A stretch of 64,000 bases of DNA from Octopus sinensis. Taxonomy: Eukaryota. A program made the translations under genes and the position numbers. The notes under the pieces are model-generated. The model saw only the letters and a program-made list of their open reading frames with translations, ran no database searches and was not told the DNA's origin. The stretch spans positions 123,194,001-123,258,000 of the forward strand of contig NC_042997.1 of NCBI RefSeq assembly GCF_006345805.1, in the 5' to 3' direction. Each line of letters opens with the position of its first letter. The first letter of the stretch is position 1. Positions 27,294 through 41,330 of the stretch are shown here, piece after piece.

Positions 27294-28525
27294 CAGGGTT
27301 CGGTGAATGAACTGTCGTCTAAATTACACAGAAATGAAAATATCACTGACACCTCATTTTATCAGATATAAAATTAAAGTATCTTGAAATAGTAAAGAGT
27401 AAATTTATTCAATAAAATCGCCATTGGTTTCATTCCATGGCCTCACAACGGCTTCGGAAGTTCCTCCAACTCTTCTGGACAGTCTTCCTTTTTAAGTTGG
27501 TGAATGCTGCTGGCTGTGTGGTAAGTTGCTTGTTTACCAACCACATGGTTCCGGGTTCAGTCCCACTGCGTGGGACCTTGGGCAAGTGTCTTCTACTATA
27601 GCCTCGGGCCGACCAAAGCCTTGTGAGTGGATTTGGTAGACGGAAACTGAAAGAAGCCCGTCGTATATATGTATATATATGTATGTATATGTGTGTGTGC
27701 GTGTATGTTTGTGTTTGTCCCCCTAGCATTGCTCGACAACCGATGCTGGTGTGTTTACATCCCCGTCACTTAGCGGTTCGGCAAAAAGAGACCGATAGAA
27801 TAAGTACTGGGCTTACAAAGAATAAGCCCCAGGGTCGAGTTGCTCGATTAAAGGCGGTGCTCCAGCATGGCCGCAGTCAAATGACTGAAACAAGTAAAAG
27901 AGTAAAAGAGAGTAAGAGTATGGTGTTTCACGGAGTTTTGCTGGTCTCTCGCTCAAATGCACCCCATGCATAATAATCAATCGGGTTGCAGTCTAGGGAG
28001 TTAAGGCTAATTTGGTCACAGAAATTAGCCGACAGCCATGAGTGGGTTCTCCTACTTGTATGGCATTGTACAGAACCCTGTTGCCAGACATAGGATCCTC
28101 CAGCAGCCACCCTCTTAACACAGGGCAGCACTTCCTCCTCCAGGGACTTCATGCAGACCGCCTTGTTGAATCTGAGGCCCTGTAGGAAGATGAATGGAGG
28201 CATAATGTCGCCATCACATGTTCACTGGATGTTCACACATATCACTCTCGGTATATGTCCTCAGATTGCATTGCTCACAGATTGATACCAAAACACTAAC
28301 AATTGTTCGTATTGGAACTTCCGGAGAAAATACCAAGCAGTACACCCTGTCGCTTCTAACTTTCTGGCAGAGTGAATTGCAACATGGTGCTGTGTTTTTC
28401 ACAGACGGTGTCCGACTAACCATACTATACTGTGTAGTCGACGAAATCAAAAACAAACAAACAATGTGCTTGCGCGAGATAAAAATATAAACTGGCGACA
28501 AGTTATCCCTCGCACGTTTTATGTA
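27294..28525 (-). mobile_element. Internally deleted Tc1/mariner-superfamily element interrupted by a SINE
   Basis: TA|cagggttcgg end. MPPFIFLQGL..VLPCVKRVAAG.SYVWQQGS..CHTS..NSLDCNPIDYYAWGAFER continues past the SINE as AAFTNLKRKTVQKSWRNFRSR. N-terminal remnant at about 28250-28390; the far end is degenerate. Confidence 0.8.
27511..27918 (+). mobile_element. SINE family B nested in the transposase remnant
   Basis: Matches the other B copies and splits the transposase frame. Confidence 0.9.
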
Positions 28526-29184
28526 TATCTGTATCAATGTAATCACGGATGGATGTACACATATCATACTTAACCACGAAAGCAATCATAACAATTGTAT
28601 ATACTTCTGAGTCATTCAACGAATGTGTAAAAGTATAAGTATATCAGAGGTTCTTGTCCTAACGTAAATCACTATTAAGTATATATTAGATAAACAGTTT
28701 ATCTATTTATAGATCTCAGTTTATTTTCAACTTTCTAAATTCAATAAACAAGAAATAATTGTCTGTAATATAACATATATATGCATATATTCATACACGT
28801 ATGCATGCATACGAATACCATCAAAGAGGCGGAGGCAGACACGTGCACACAAACACATACACATACACACACACACACACACTGAAACAGGCACACCTGC
28901 TCACACACATACACACACACCGACTCAAGCTTATACAAAATGTAAATAATTTTCCAAATTTCCATATATACATTAACATGCTTCTACATAACTTTTCCAC
29001 ATATTCTCTTTGCTCTCTTTCTCCTTCTATATCTATATATGTATATATATATATATGTGTGTGTGTGTATGAACATAGAAAGATACACACGCAAACATAT
29101 ACATCTATCTGTGTTCGTATGTCTATATCTATCTATCTTTTTATCTATCTACTTATCGATCTACATTCCAAAATGTAACTATTT

Positions 29185-29344
29185 GTAGATTTTTGGCGAT
29201 TTCCCTTTGTCTTGGAATTTCCTCTGTCTCCTGTTACTGAAGAACTTTACCGGGAACGTAAAACACCCTTTCTTTCTTTGTATGTACCACGTTCTTGCGT
29301 TCTTGTTTTCTTTACTTGTGTTTTTCTTCTTTATTAAATTCATT

Positions 29345-29345
<1 letters not shown>
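29185..29345 (+). mobile_element. Degenerate PLE terminal remnant related to 58353-58554
   Basis: ttggcgattt..cctctgtc..ctgaagaac..ggaacgtaaaacaccc..gtaccacgttcttgcgtt, ending in (TA)n. Confidence 0.45.
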
Positions 29346-29375
<30 letters not shown>

Positions 29376-29447
29376 TTGTGTGTATGGATATGCATATATA
29401 TACATATACATAAATATATATATGTGTGTGTGTGTGTGGGTCTGTAT

Positions 29448-29890
29448 AGGCGTAGGAGTGGCTGTGTGGTAAGCAGCTTGCTTACGAACCACATGGTTCC
29501 GAGTTCAGTCCTACTACGTGGCACCTTGGGCAAGTGTCTTCTACTATAGTTTCGGGTCGACCAAAGCCTTGTGAGTGGATTTGTTAGACGGAAACTGAAA
29601 GAAGCTCGTCGTATATATCTATATATATATATGATGTGTGTGTGTGTGTGTTTGCGTGTGAGTGTGTGTGTGCATATACTTGTCTGTCTGTGTTTCTCCC
29701 CCCAACATCGCTTGACAACCGATGGTGGTGTGCTTACGTCAACATAACTTAGCAGTTCGGCAAAAGAGACCGATAGAATAAGTAATATGCTTACGAAGAA
29801 TAAGTCCTAGGGTCGATTTGCTCGACTAAAGGCAGTGCTCCAGCATGACCACAGCCAAATGACTGAAACAAGTAAAAGAGTAAAAGAGTA
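29448..29890 (+). mobile_element. SINE family B
   Basis: Full match. Confidence 0.9.
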
Positions 29891-30588
29891 ATGAGTATAT
29901 ATATAGATGCATATTTATGTATATGTATGTATAGAGATAGATACACTTACACACGCATTAACGCAGATATATGTGTGTGTGTGTGAATATGCGATCATGT
30001 ATATGTATACACATACATATGTATACACACGTACATACTTATATATACATACATACTTACGGACGCACAAATAGACGCCTCACTTGTGGAAACAAAGATA
30101 CCCAGTAACAGATAGGCAATGCTTCAAGTATTCTCTTGCCGTGCTATTAATCGATATATGTTTTGGAAAACAAAATCACGACATTTACCAATTTTGGCTT
30201 TTATCCAATATTTTCAAATCGGAATCCTATATTTTATTCTAATCCTGCTGTTACTTACAGGAGATTAGAGCAATGTCATATCGCCTTCTCATCATTTTCA
30301 TATGGTCGCCAACATAAAGATTGATTTTTCCTTACCAGATCTATGCAGTTAATGATATGCACATCAAAATATATTGGAGTGATGTAGCTCTAAAGCAAAG
30401 ATTTTATTTCGTAAAAATATTTTGTTTTTCTCTTTTCTTTTGTTGTTTTGGTGGTCAGCTTAACATTGATTCAACAATGTATGCCACTTTCAGTAAAACG
30501 AAAATACTTTGATGTCTATTTAATTCCACTTTTAATAGTACATTTGATGTTCATATCTACACGCACACAGAAAAACACATATGTATAT

Positions 30589-32498
30589 TAGGGTTATGGC
30601 TTTTCACAACCTAATAACTCTGTACTGCAATTCGATGAATACTTTTACGAAAGTCAGGAAGCTAATATGTTGTTTGCTTTATTTTGACACAACGTCACCC
30701 CTAAATCAAGGAATTGATAACCACTTTTTACCCAAATAATGCAAAATTCTCCTGGGGTGTTCATAACCCATGCTCAAAATTTTCCAAACTTGGTGTGCTG
30801 ACTCAATGCAATGCAGAAGTGAAATAGTATATCTGAAATATCAGCTTTCTACTTCGAGTAGTTTCGAAGTTATGGGCTTTTAAAACTATAATCACAAAGT
30901 GGAACTAGATTCCCACTTCGGTATTTCTGCTGCCGAAATCCTTGTAAACGCAAGGGGGGTGTGGAATAAAAGGGCTTTTGTATATTTTAATGATGCAAAG
31001 GTTCGAAACTAGGCTATTTAAATGTAGCGGTCACTATAACCACTCGATAACATAAAATTAAAAGCAATACATATTTTTAACTTTATAGGTTTAATTCCAA
31101 TTTTAAATAACTGTATAAGAAAAAGGGTGCTGGTAGTTAGCAAATTTGTTAGCACAACAAAGAATTAATATGTTTTGTTTGGTAAAATAAACTGAAACGG
31201 ACGTTTCTCCTTCTTTTTATGAACGTCATAAAGATCCTGAAGGCACTTGTTTGCCCGTTCTGCAATCTGACTTGTTCTGGAAATTTTTGGTTTTGATGGT
31301 TCTCAACTCCAAAAGTTTTTTTTTTCAAAGTGTTCAATGGTTTTTATGAACTTACAGGCTACCAGATAACTTCTGATAATCATGTGCATTGAACATTTGG
31401 TCACTTAACAAAACATTTTCCCAGCTGTAAGAGATGAATCGACAACCATTCAGAAGCAAATTCCTTTTCTCTGGTAGAAGTATAAATACCAAAAGAGCAG
31501 CTAGTATTGCTCGAGAATTCCAACGTGCTTTACTTAAGTTGGGTATTTTTTGTAACTTTACAATAGGAAATTTGCCGGTTTTTTCAAGAGAACGAAAAAC
31601 TTTGGTCCAATGAAATAGAAATTTCATGCCATGTCACACCATCTTGCTGATTCAGTAATCTTTTCTTCGACATTAATAAAATTAGCCCGGAGATTCTCGT
31701 AATTACTAAGAAGCTCTGGGATTAAGGTATATTCAATATTAGGAGATTACTTTTTTCTCCAAGTTCGTAATCCACTACCATACGAAGAACTCTATCAAGG
31801 ATACGATGCTGACAACCAATAAATTGCGGTTCTTTGAAACCCTTTTGAGTAAACAGTCTTTGCAACTGAATGATAATGTCGTTTCTTTTCCCAGTGACCA
31901 CATTCGTTGTATCTGCGACCGTCATTTTTACACAGCTCCATAAATTGTATTCATCTAAACCAGCTGTATTTCCTTTCAAAACACTATCGGCTTTTCCCTT
32001 TGGTAACTGAAGTGCTTCTAATTTAATATCTCTGTTCATTTTTCAAAATGCAATGACCAATTTTTCTTAATTTTCGTTTCTTAGTTTAACAGCTTCTTTG
32101 ATAGTCGATATGTAAATACCAGATTGGGAAGGGGTCACGGCGTTGATTCCATCTTGAGATAATGTTCGACAAAGTGTTGCTGCCTTTATTGTTGATAGTT
32201 TGGAAGGTATTACTAACTTGGTTGCATGTCCAATTTTTGGTATACTTCATCCTGGTTTGTGTAGATACTTCATTTGATATTCATTTTCAGTCTCTGCTTT
32301 AGACGTTGATGATGACTCCGAAATTGCTATGCTTTGGGTCAAAAGTGGTGTTCGATTTCTTCAATTGGGGGTGACAGTTTTTAACAAAACTTAAAATAAA
32401 GGCTATTTTCCCTGATTATATGAAATGTGTGTGTTCGCTCACGTGCGAACACACACATTCGTATATTAATATAACATGATCATTTCGTGTAAGCCCTA
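30589..32498 (-). mobile_element. hAT-like DNA transposon remnant
   Basis: Decayed frames with DTTNVVTG...FIGCQHRILDRVL and SKARWNSRAI, resembling the DTT / CxxH / RW motifs of hAT19-like transposases. Imperfect subterminal inverted repeats 30694-30735 vs 32333-32375. TAGGG / CCCTA outer ends, but no 8-bp TSD seen. Confidence 0.55.
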
Positions 32499-32869
32499 CT
32501 TATCACCTGTGATGCTGCTCCCCATCATGTAGAGAGTGGATGCCTATCGATCATTTCTTCCTGCGAGGCGCGTTATACCTTGAACATTACAGTCATTTGA
32601 TACAAATTAATGTTGATTTATTTTACACTAGTTCCTATCAGATGCCTACAGTATATAATTATTTGGTATGAAACAATTAAAATATAGTAAATATAGGGAG
32701 GAATATTCAAAACGATATTACATTGGGATACTCGCTGAGAGAGTAGTTAGCAGAATGATTGGGTATAATATGAAGTGTCCTTAAATAGGTCTGAAACGCT
32801 ATTTTGAGATGAGAGTTGAAAGTGGGTATCAAGGGAATCAGAAATTAATATATATATATATATATATAT

Positions 32870-33290
32870 ACACATTGCCGTAAGGCTTCGTTTCCATACA
32901 CGCCAGCTGAATTCAATTCGTCCCCAGTCGAAAGACGCCTGTCGTTGTGTCCTGTTATTATTATTATTATTATTGTTGTTGTTTTATTGCAATTTTGTAA
33001 TTATATTCGTGTAACATCGTCTGTTTTTCCGTCCTTCTTTCGTATATATTCGATGCTTTTTTCCAAAGAATCTAATGCACTTAGCTTAGTTTTACCCTGG
33101 AGCTGGCCAGCCTGGAGCAATCGCAGCCGAAATTGTGAGGATGATTCGGTTCTTGACTGAAGATAGAAGGTTTCGAATGACCCGTCCGTGTTTTTTTTAT
33201 GTATCGTCTATCTGCATATTTTATTGTCCAATTTTGTATCACCTAGTTGTCCGGATGTTTGCGTTCTTGTCTCATTGTGTATTTTATTAT
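32870..33290 (+). mobile_element. Possible PLE terminal remnant
   Basis: Lies between (TA)n tracts, has a PLE-like T-rich 3' end and ctgaaga / ccgaaa pieces. No convincing fold. Confidence 0.3.
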
Positions 33291-34118
33291 ATATATAGAT
33301 ATATCTGTGTTATATATCTGTGTACTTTCACACACACACACACACACACATACAGACAAATGTATATATATATGTGTTTGTGTGTTTGCTTGTATGTATG
33401 TTTGTGTGTATGTCTGTATGCATATGTATGCTAGTATGTGTGCATCCCGATGTAGAAAAATGTGCATGTAAAGAGAGAGGTATGTCCAAAGAATTTCTCT
33501 TCGTTTCTATTCTCTTCGTTTCTAAATTTCTGCATCATGCTAAACAAGCACCCAAAGTAGATCGTTTACCTCATTTCGCCAACAATAGGGTAATAAAACA
33601 CCATGTTTTTTTTTTCTCTTCCTGATAGAATTATAAACGAATTTTCATGTCATTTCATGGAAACAAAAGAATGAAGTACAATACAGTAAACAAGTTGTTT
33701 ATTACCTAAAAAGTCTTACACAAGTAAAATCTTATGTTTGTGCATTTCAATTTCCTCCAACCATTTGCTGATATCATTTTATTTCGCTGATTGCAGAGGC
33801 GAATTGCTTTCCCATTACTGTTTTACATTATCATTTAACTCACCAGACAGATGGTCGTTTCATTGCGTCTGAAACTCATTAATTTATTCATGAAGAGTTG
33901 TGATGAGCGTCTCTTCTCAGTTATTATTGAACTGAAGTAAAATAGTGTGCTTGCTATTTCAGATACAACAGCTTATTTGCTTGGTCGTTGACGGCTAATA
34001 ATTTCAATTAGTTCTAAAATTGAGCCATTAGACTAAAAGCCAACAATTTTCAATCCAATCATTCATGCATATATGATGAAACTCTGACGTTATTTTAGAT
34101 CGTTATATATATATATAT

Positions 34119-34173
<55 letters not shown>

Positions 34174-34377
34174 CTCAGTCATAGACGTGCCTTATACATT
34201 TTAGGCAAAACACTCAAAATGCAACATTTGGGTTATTTTATTGTTTCTCCAAGTATATTTTGAAGAGGATTACTAATTCATAAAAGATGCAACATTTGTT
34301 GTCTCTTATAGAATTTTTGATATTTGTTTCATAATACACACACACGCAGAAACATATATATGAAACATACATGTGAA

Positions 34378-34424
<47 letters not shown>

Positions 34425-34489
34425 ATGTGTATGTTTATACAGATATGTTTAAACATTCTAATTCTAAAACATTGCAAGTTATAAAAAAC

Positions 34490-35140
34490 AATATAGACCG
34501 ATGGAAGTAGTTATTTAGTATCTAGTATTTCTATATTTCGGGTTCAGGTCTGCTTCACCAAGAAATTTACTAAGGAGAGAAGTTGACAACTGATACCTCT
34601 ACACTCGAGCGTGGGTTTATATGAAAAGTTGCTTTGCTTTGCTAAGGTATCCTTCAGCTGATTGTATTTCAGAACTGTTATTGAGTCAGGGCTGTAATCG
34701 TTAATTAAAACAGATTCTTTTGTTATTGTTTCATTCAGTAGTTGCAAAGGAAGTTTGGAACACGTGAGTGTGGCATTCCCGTATGTGAATTTTGATGGAA
34801 GAAGCATTAGTGTAGAGGTGTTATTTAGTCTGTATGTGAACTTCACTGACAGTATTTCAAATTCTTTACATTTGTCATGAATTGCTTTCGTTATCTGGTG
34901 ATGTCCTGGTATTTACTGAAAATTATAAATGGCCAACTTTATCATGACTTTTCTGGAGTTGGTGTTGATGCTTTTGCTTCCTGCCTCCCTGCATCTACTG
35001 CGTATCCTGTGGATATTGTTTCTAATGTAGAAATGTGTAATGCCGTTTTTCTCTACCAAGTCATGTTCTGTGAGTTTATGCACAAAATCAAGCAAAGATA
35101 GGGAACGAGTTTTATAGGGGTGTTCCCCTTCAAATTTTAT
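34490..35140 (-). mobile_element. Possible decayed retroelement (PLE-like) fragment
   Basis: Broken ORFs ending in tgaag..ccgaaata, a PLE-like terminus. No clear catalytic motif. Confidence 0.3.
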
Positions 35141-35463
35141 AAATGTTATTGTACATGTTGTATATTTTACTTATCTCTCCGCAAGATGATGCTAATATGA
35201 GAATATCATTTAATTTTCTGGCGAAGAAGGGACAGATGTGACAAATGTTGAGTTCCCTACGTTCAAACCGGCCCATATATGGGATGAGCTATAGGCTTCG
35301 CAAGCTTGACCCAGTTTTGGGTTCAGAGTTTTGTTCGTAAAAATACCTCGCAACAGATATGTATATGCAAGTATTTATATATGTAGGTATGTATATATGC
35401 ATATATGTGTACGTACATGCATACATATATACATATATATGTGTGTGCGTATGTGTGTGTATA

Positions 35464-35512
<49 letters not shown>

Positions 35513-36467
35513 TATATATATCTTAATTACTTAAATAGCGAAAATACAGTTGTTTATATTCAATTGTTTGTATGTTTGTATATATTCTGTTAAAAATGAC
35601 TTCACACCAGAACAAAATCGGAAATCTCTCAGCGTGACCAGTTTCAACATCTCCGTATAGTCATGAATAACAGGCTAATATCTACAAGAAATTAAACTTC
35701 GCAGATACACACTCACAGAGAAATATGCATCTGTATTATTTGCGTCTGTTTAGCCTTGTTTTGTTTGCTCCGTTTTTTTCTTTGTATTAGTAGCTATAAC
35801 ACTTAGACAATGAACTTCACATACAATCCAGCATCTCGTTGGATATTATAAATAATAAAGTTATTTATGCGGCATTAGTAAACAGGTAGTTTTGATGGCC
35901 TCTGATATTTTTATTGTTTACCGCAATCAATATTTTTCCGCTGTAGTAATTCTGTATGGAGTTGATTCTGGTTTCTTTAATAATTTACTGAATGAAGTTG
36001 CCGCAAAATTCATAAATACAACTTGAGTATTTTAGCTAAAAATAAGGTACTTTATCAATTCCGGTTGGTTTCAAATTCCTAACACTAATTACATTGGGGA
36101 ATTACTCTCTATTTTTGCTCCGTAATGTTTGTTGTGTTACATATTCTTCTTCATTTCATTTCTAATCCATTGAACACTTTGTGTTCAACATTGTTAATTC
36201 ATATTTTCTGCTACGTTGTCATTTCTGTTGAAGTTAGTGTCATATATGATCATGCACTTTTTGTTTTTGTTGATGTAGATGTATGATATTTTGTTCTTTT
36301 GGATATTTAAAAAAAAAAAGATTTTTGCACTGATTTATAATGCCATTTTTATGAAAGAAGATCTCACGCTTTTCGAAGCATATTATACTGCATGACAATC
36401 GCTTTGAAGTATCTCATTCATGTTCATGTTAACGTCACTTCTTATAATAATAATAATGATAATAATG

Positions 36468-36534
<67 letters not shown>

Positions 36535-37217
36535 GTTTAGATATTTAAAAAAAAAATTCCTTTAATATTGATATATTTTACTTAATTTTATCATTTAGAA
36601 GGAAACAAAACTTGTCCGTGTTTGCATTATTTTGGTATTTCTTTCTCATTGTTATCATTACTTTATGTTTTCTTTACGTCAATCCATAATTTGGTTTCAA
36701 ATGATCAGCCTTGATCAACTTTGTCTTTATCAGTCGGTGTTCGATAAATACACATTTGTAACATCCTAGATATCAATTTCAATTAAGTGCTTTATGTGTT
36801 CTACCGAGAAGTGTGGCCTAGGTAAAAATCATTACTGTAATGGAATAGCAGTAACCAGGGAGTAACTTGCAGTAATTTAGTAGTAATACAGCATATTTCT
36901 GTGTGTTGCAATATTATATGAAATGCTCATTAAGTGTACTGGTTATAATTTAATCGGCAATATCCTTCGTTTTTGAAATCGGTAGACCGAACTGAATGGA
37001 GAGTGTATAGGTCAGCAGAATTATGATCAGTGTAAGTGAGGGGCCCTAAGTTGTGCAACCCAAAATAAGATGGCTAAGGTACAAACGAAACGATTTTTGT
37101 TACGTCTCAATGCCTGATGTTACGTGTATATTCTAATATCCAACCATATGTATTTATGCATGCATGTATGTATGTATGTATGTTTGTATGTATATGTATT
37201 TATAAATCTTTCTCATT

Positions 37218-37608
37218 GGCGCAGGAGTGGGTTTCTGGTAAGTAGCTTGTTTACCAACCACATGGTTCCAGGCTCAGTCCCACTGCATGGCACCTTGGGG
37301 AAATGTCTTCTACTATAGCCTCAGGCCGACCAAAGCCTTGCGAGTGGATTTGTCAGACGGAAACTCAAAGAAACTTGGCGTATATATATAAATGTGTGTG
37401 TGTGTGTGTTTGTTTGTTTGTTTGTCCCCGCTTAACAACCGATACTGGTGTGTTTATATCCCCGTAACTTAGCGTTTCGGCAAAAAGTGGTCGATAGGAT
37501 AAGTATTAGGCTTACAGAGAATAGGTCTTGGGTTCGATTTGCTCGACTAAAGGCGGTGCTCCAGCATGGCCGAACTCACGTGAGTTAAACAAATAACAGA
37601 ATAAAAGA
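37218..37608 (+). mobile_element. SINE family B with variant 3' tail
   Basis: Head and body match; tail is ccagcatggccgaactcacgtgagttaaacaaataa. Confidence 0.85.
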
Positions 37609-37823
37609 ATCGTATATATTTATACTCGTATACAAGCGTGTATATATGTGTGTGTGTGTGTGTGTGCATGTGTATTTGCATGTGTGTATTTATATATGCA
37701 TATACATATATGTATGTCAATATGTATACACCCTCCCCATATATATATATATATACGAGTGAGTGAACAAACGAAAAAATGGCACTCAAATTTGTCGGTA
37801 CTCGAATTTGAATCAAACTATTT

Positions 37824-37825
<2 letters not shown>

Positions 37826-37876
<51 letters not shown>

Positions 37877-37877
37877 A

Positions 37878-37935
<58 letters not shown>

Positions 37936-37942
37936 ATATCTG

Positions 37943-38006
<64 letters not shown>

Positions 38007-38009
38007 TAT

Positions 38010-38035
<26 letters not shown>
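37826..38035. repeat. (TATC)n-(TA)n-(GA)n-(TG)n compound microsatellite
   Basis: Direct reading. Confidence 0.95.
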
Positions 38036-38040
<5 letters not shown>

Positions 38041-38759
38041 TGTGGGAGATTGTAGTGTCCGTGTGTGTGTGTGGTAGGTGTGTATCCTTGCAAATATTTA
38101 TGAGATTGTAGTATAGTTAGCATCTAACATCACGGTTATGTCACCAATGCTTCTTTCCAGTTTTCTTACTTGGTAAGAATGTACAAAAGGAAATACATCC
38201 GGCCCTAGAAAATTTCTCTCGAGAAAGTCTGTGGACCCATGCAAACATGGGTAAATAAATGTTAAACAATGATGATCAAGAATATGATGATGATAATGAC
38301 ACACACACACACGTATATGAAGATATATATATATATATATAATATATATATATAATATATATATATATTATATATATATAGGGGAAAGTAAGAAGAAAAA
38401 TATGGCACATTGGAAATCGAAAAAAGTAAAGGGTTTTTATGAAAAGTAACGATAGATATATACAATTAGATGAACTGAGGTAGGAATAAAATAATAGAAG
38501 TCATTATTGTACATTGTTGAAGAGATTTAAAAGCATACCGTTTTCCTATATCACTAATCATTGCCTTGAATGCACACCGACTAATGAACAGTGTCAGGTC
38601 TATTAGTCCCTCAGAAAAAAGATTATGTGTAAGTGAGGTAAGTAGTTCCGGATTTGGTGCAATGAATGTAGCTATAGATCTGTAATGTGAATTGTATATG
38701 GGATATATGGGGGTTAGTGGTATTAATTGAAAGATTAGTAATGTTCTGTATTATGTTAT

Positions 38760-39495
38760 GTCTTCATATTGAGTTGGGGAAGATATTTATGGATGAATGT
38801 TGCCTCTTTATTCATTATTTGTTGCATTAGGTGTTCTGTGAACATTAATAGAAGGGGAAAATTAGGAAATTTGAATTAAGATTCCTAGCAAACATGCCTA
38901 TGTGTTCACTAATCTTTAACTGTCTGTATTGTGGGTGGCGGATTTGTTCTTTGTGGAGAGTGGTTATTCGACGGAGTAATATTCCTTTTTGGCCAATATA
39001 ATTGTTACCACATCCGAAGCATGTAATGGCAGATATTACAATTTCCGAGGCACAGGTGAAATTTGATTTGGTCTTAAATATTTCACCTCGTTTAAAGTGG
39101 AATTCTTAGCCCTCCAAAAGGTGGGGGCATGTACCGTAGTTAGGTCCACCATATTTTTTCCCTTTTGGTTCTGTTGTTCATGGATATAGTCTTATGCTTT
39201 TTATTTTTTTTTCAGTGATTTAGGTTGCCTTTTGCTTTTGATAATTCTGTATGAGCTTAAAATTTTGTTCGTTGTTCTATCTCCTGTGAGGATTGGAAGA
39301 TTTTGGGTAATAAATGAAGGTATTAAACAAGATAAGGCAATAGATATACGAACATTACGAGAAGCCAGCCGAAATACTAAACCAGATTTAAAAATACTCC
39401 CGTACATCTCCACACATAACCCTAGAAACAACGAAGCCTTCAACATTATCATTGAAAAACTTCCCATCCTTACAGGAGATAAAACAATGAACAAA
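38760..39495 (-). mobile_element. Penelope-like element: GIY-YIG endonuclease remnant with inverted 5' segment
   Basis: Minus strand NLPILTGD..NKIL..IIKSKRQPKSLK...NFTCASEIVISAITCFGCGNNYIGQKG..LHKEQIRHPQY. 39305-39495 is on the plus strand (LPYISTHNPRN..KLPILTGDKTMNK). Confidence 0.8.
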
Positions 39496-40180
39496 TGATA
39501 GATTTATAGCTGGGTAAGTAATTGACGAAAACATAAAATGAAATTGAGCCAGTGCATGTATTCATTATAATTGGCGTAATAACCCTCACAAGATACAAGA
39601 TGATAAACGTATATAAACAGATTAATAATGGTAATATTTAATCGATTGAACGTGGAATTGAAGAATTATTCAATACATTAGGGTAGCATTTGTTAGTCTT
39701 ACATCAGGAGTAGATAAACCTGTAACATTTCTCTCGTACGAGGAAGGAAAATTCTCAGCTTTTAGTTTCAGTGAAACGTTTAATTAAACCAAAATATTAG
39801 CAATAAGCATGTATAGAATTTCATTTTCGTAAAAGTGCAATTTTCAGGTTAAATTTTCTGGAACATTTCTGTTGCTGAATGTGTTTTTCTTACTAATTAA
39901 CAAATCTAAATGAAATAATTAAAATTTAAAAACCAACTATTTTTTTCTTAAAAATAGACTCGTTTGCCAGAGGTTATGTAACTGTAACTTACTTAGCGAA
40001 GAGCTCCAATATGTTTCTAACCTCGGAATTTATGTAGACAAATATCAATAACCACGAAAATGCAGCTGCACATACTTACATAGCAAAATTAATTATGCAT
40101 ATTTCCATAGAGATATGCATCTATAAATACTTACAATGATAAATACACCTACATATATACATTTTTACACACACGTATAA

Positions 40181-40235
<55 letters not shown>

Positions 40236-40839
40236 GGAATACGTGTGTACATAAATGGCTATATACATACGCACACACACAGTTATATAGATATAGTGAA
40301 CGTGGAGTTTTCACGAGAGTATATGTAAAAGTTTGTGGTCTTTTTGAAAATCTTTACCTTAGCCTTGGACATGCAAATGTGAATATAAGGTTTTTCGCGT
40401 AGATCAGGCAAGGCTATTTGTGCATGTAGGAAAATATACATTTCTCTCTCTTTAACTATGTTTGATCTATCGATTTATCCATCTATTACTTTACCTATAT
40501 AACCCTATAAATGTGTGAGAACGTGCACATAACTTGAATTTCACATTTGCATATTGGTATCTCTGAGTACATGTTTATTAAAGGCCAAGTTTCAGAAATA
40601 TTTTATGGTACAGTACTCAATATCTTTCCTACTATAGATACAAGGAATGATATTTGTGGGGAGGATGGCTAGTTGATTTCATTGACGTGCCTGTTTTACG
40701 CATACATGTATGTATAGAGTGAGTGATATGGTAGATAATGCAGTGAAAGGGGCAGATTTCAGTTATATGAATATATATAAATTACGTATTCCATTCAACA
40801 AAGTTTAGGAAAATTTCTTAGATATGCAATTTTAAATAT

Positions 40840-41330
40840 ACTGCAGCAAATACACCAGCTGTGACCGTGGTAGCAGTTTAAGCATGGGGTGCACTGTCAC
40901 CTCAGCCGGAACCTCAGAGAAGAGAACTAGATAAGCAAGATATAACATGGAATGCAGAGCGACATGAGCAAACGACTGGTGTTTGACAATTAAAAGGGAC
41001 CCAATCCAGTTTCTGAGCACAGTAGTTCGTTGGATACGAAATCCAATCAATGGTAACCCTTTAAACTGTGAGGCGTCCAGGTGCCAAAGGAGACCTCCCA
41101 GATCCTAGGATACTCTCCAAGTCTCATACATATAGAGGAATACTGGGAGGTCAAGAGACCTAAATACTTGAACCTCTCTCCCCTTGCTCGGATATCGGCA
41201 GCGCCAAGCACTCTAGCCGACCGAGTCCATAAACGCACCAGTAAGTCCAAGTTCTTGTAAGACTTTGGACTTGCAGTTAATTTGGCTGTGCATCACACTG
41301 CCAACACAAGTGAAGCACCAGCAACTTCGC
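40840..41330 (-). mobile_element. RTE-clade LINE fragment (region downstream of RT), decayed
   Basis: SAWRCRYPSKGREVQVFRSLDLPVFLYMYETW matches the RTE KxxVFxxxVLPVLLYGCETW motif; a decayed FAHVA (GHVAR) motif follows. Confidence 0.7.
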
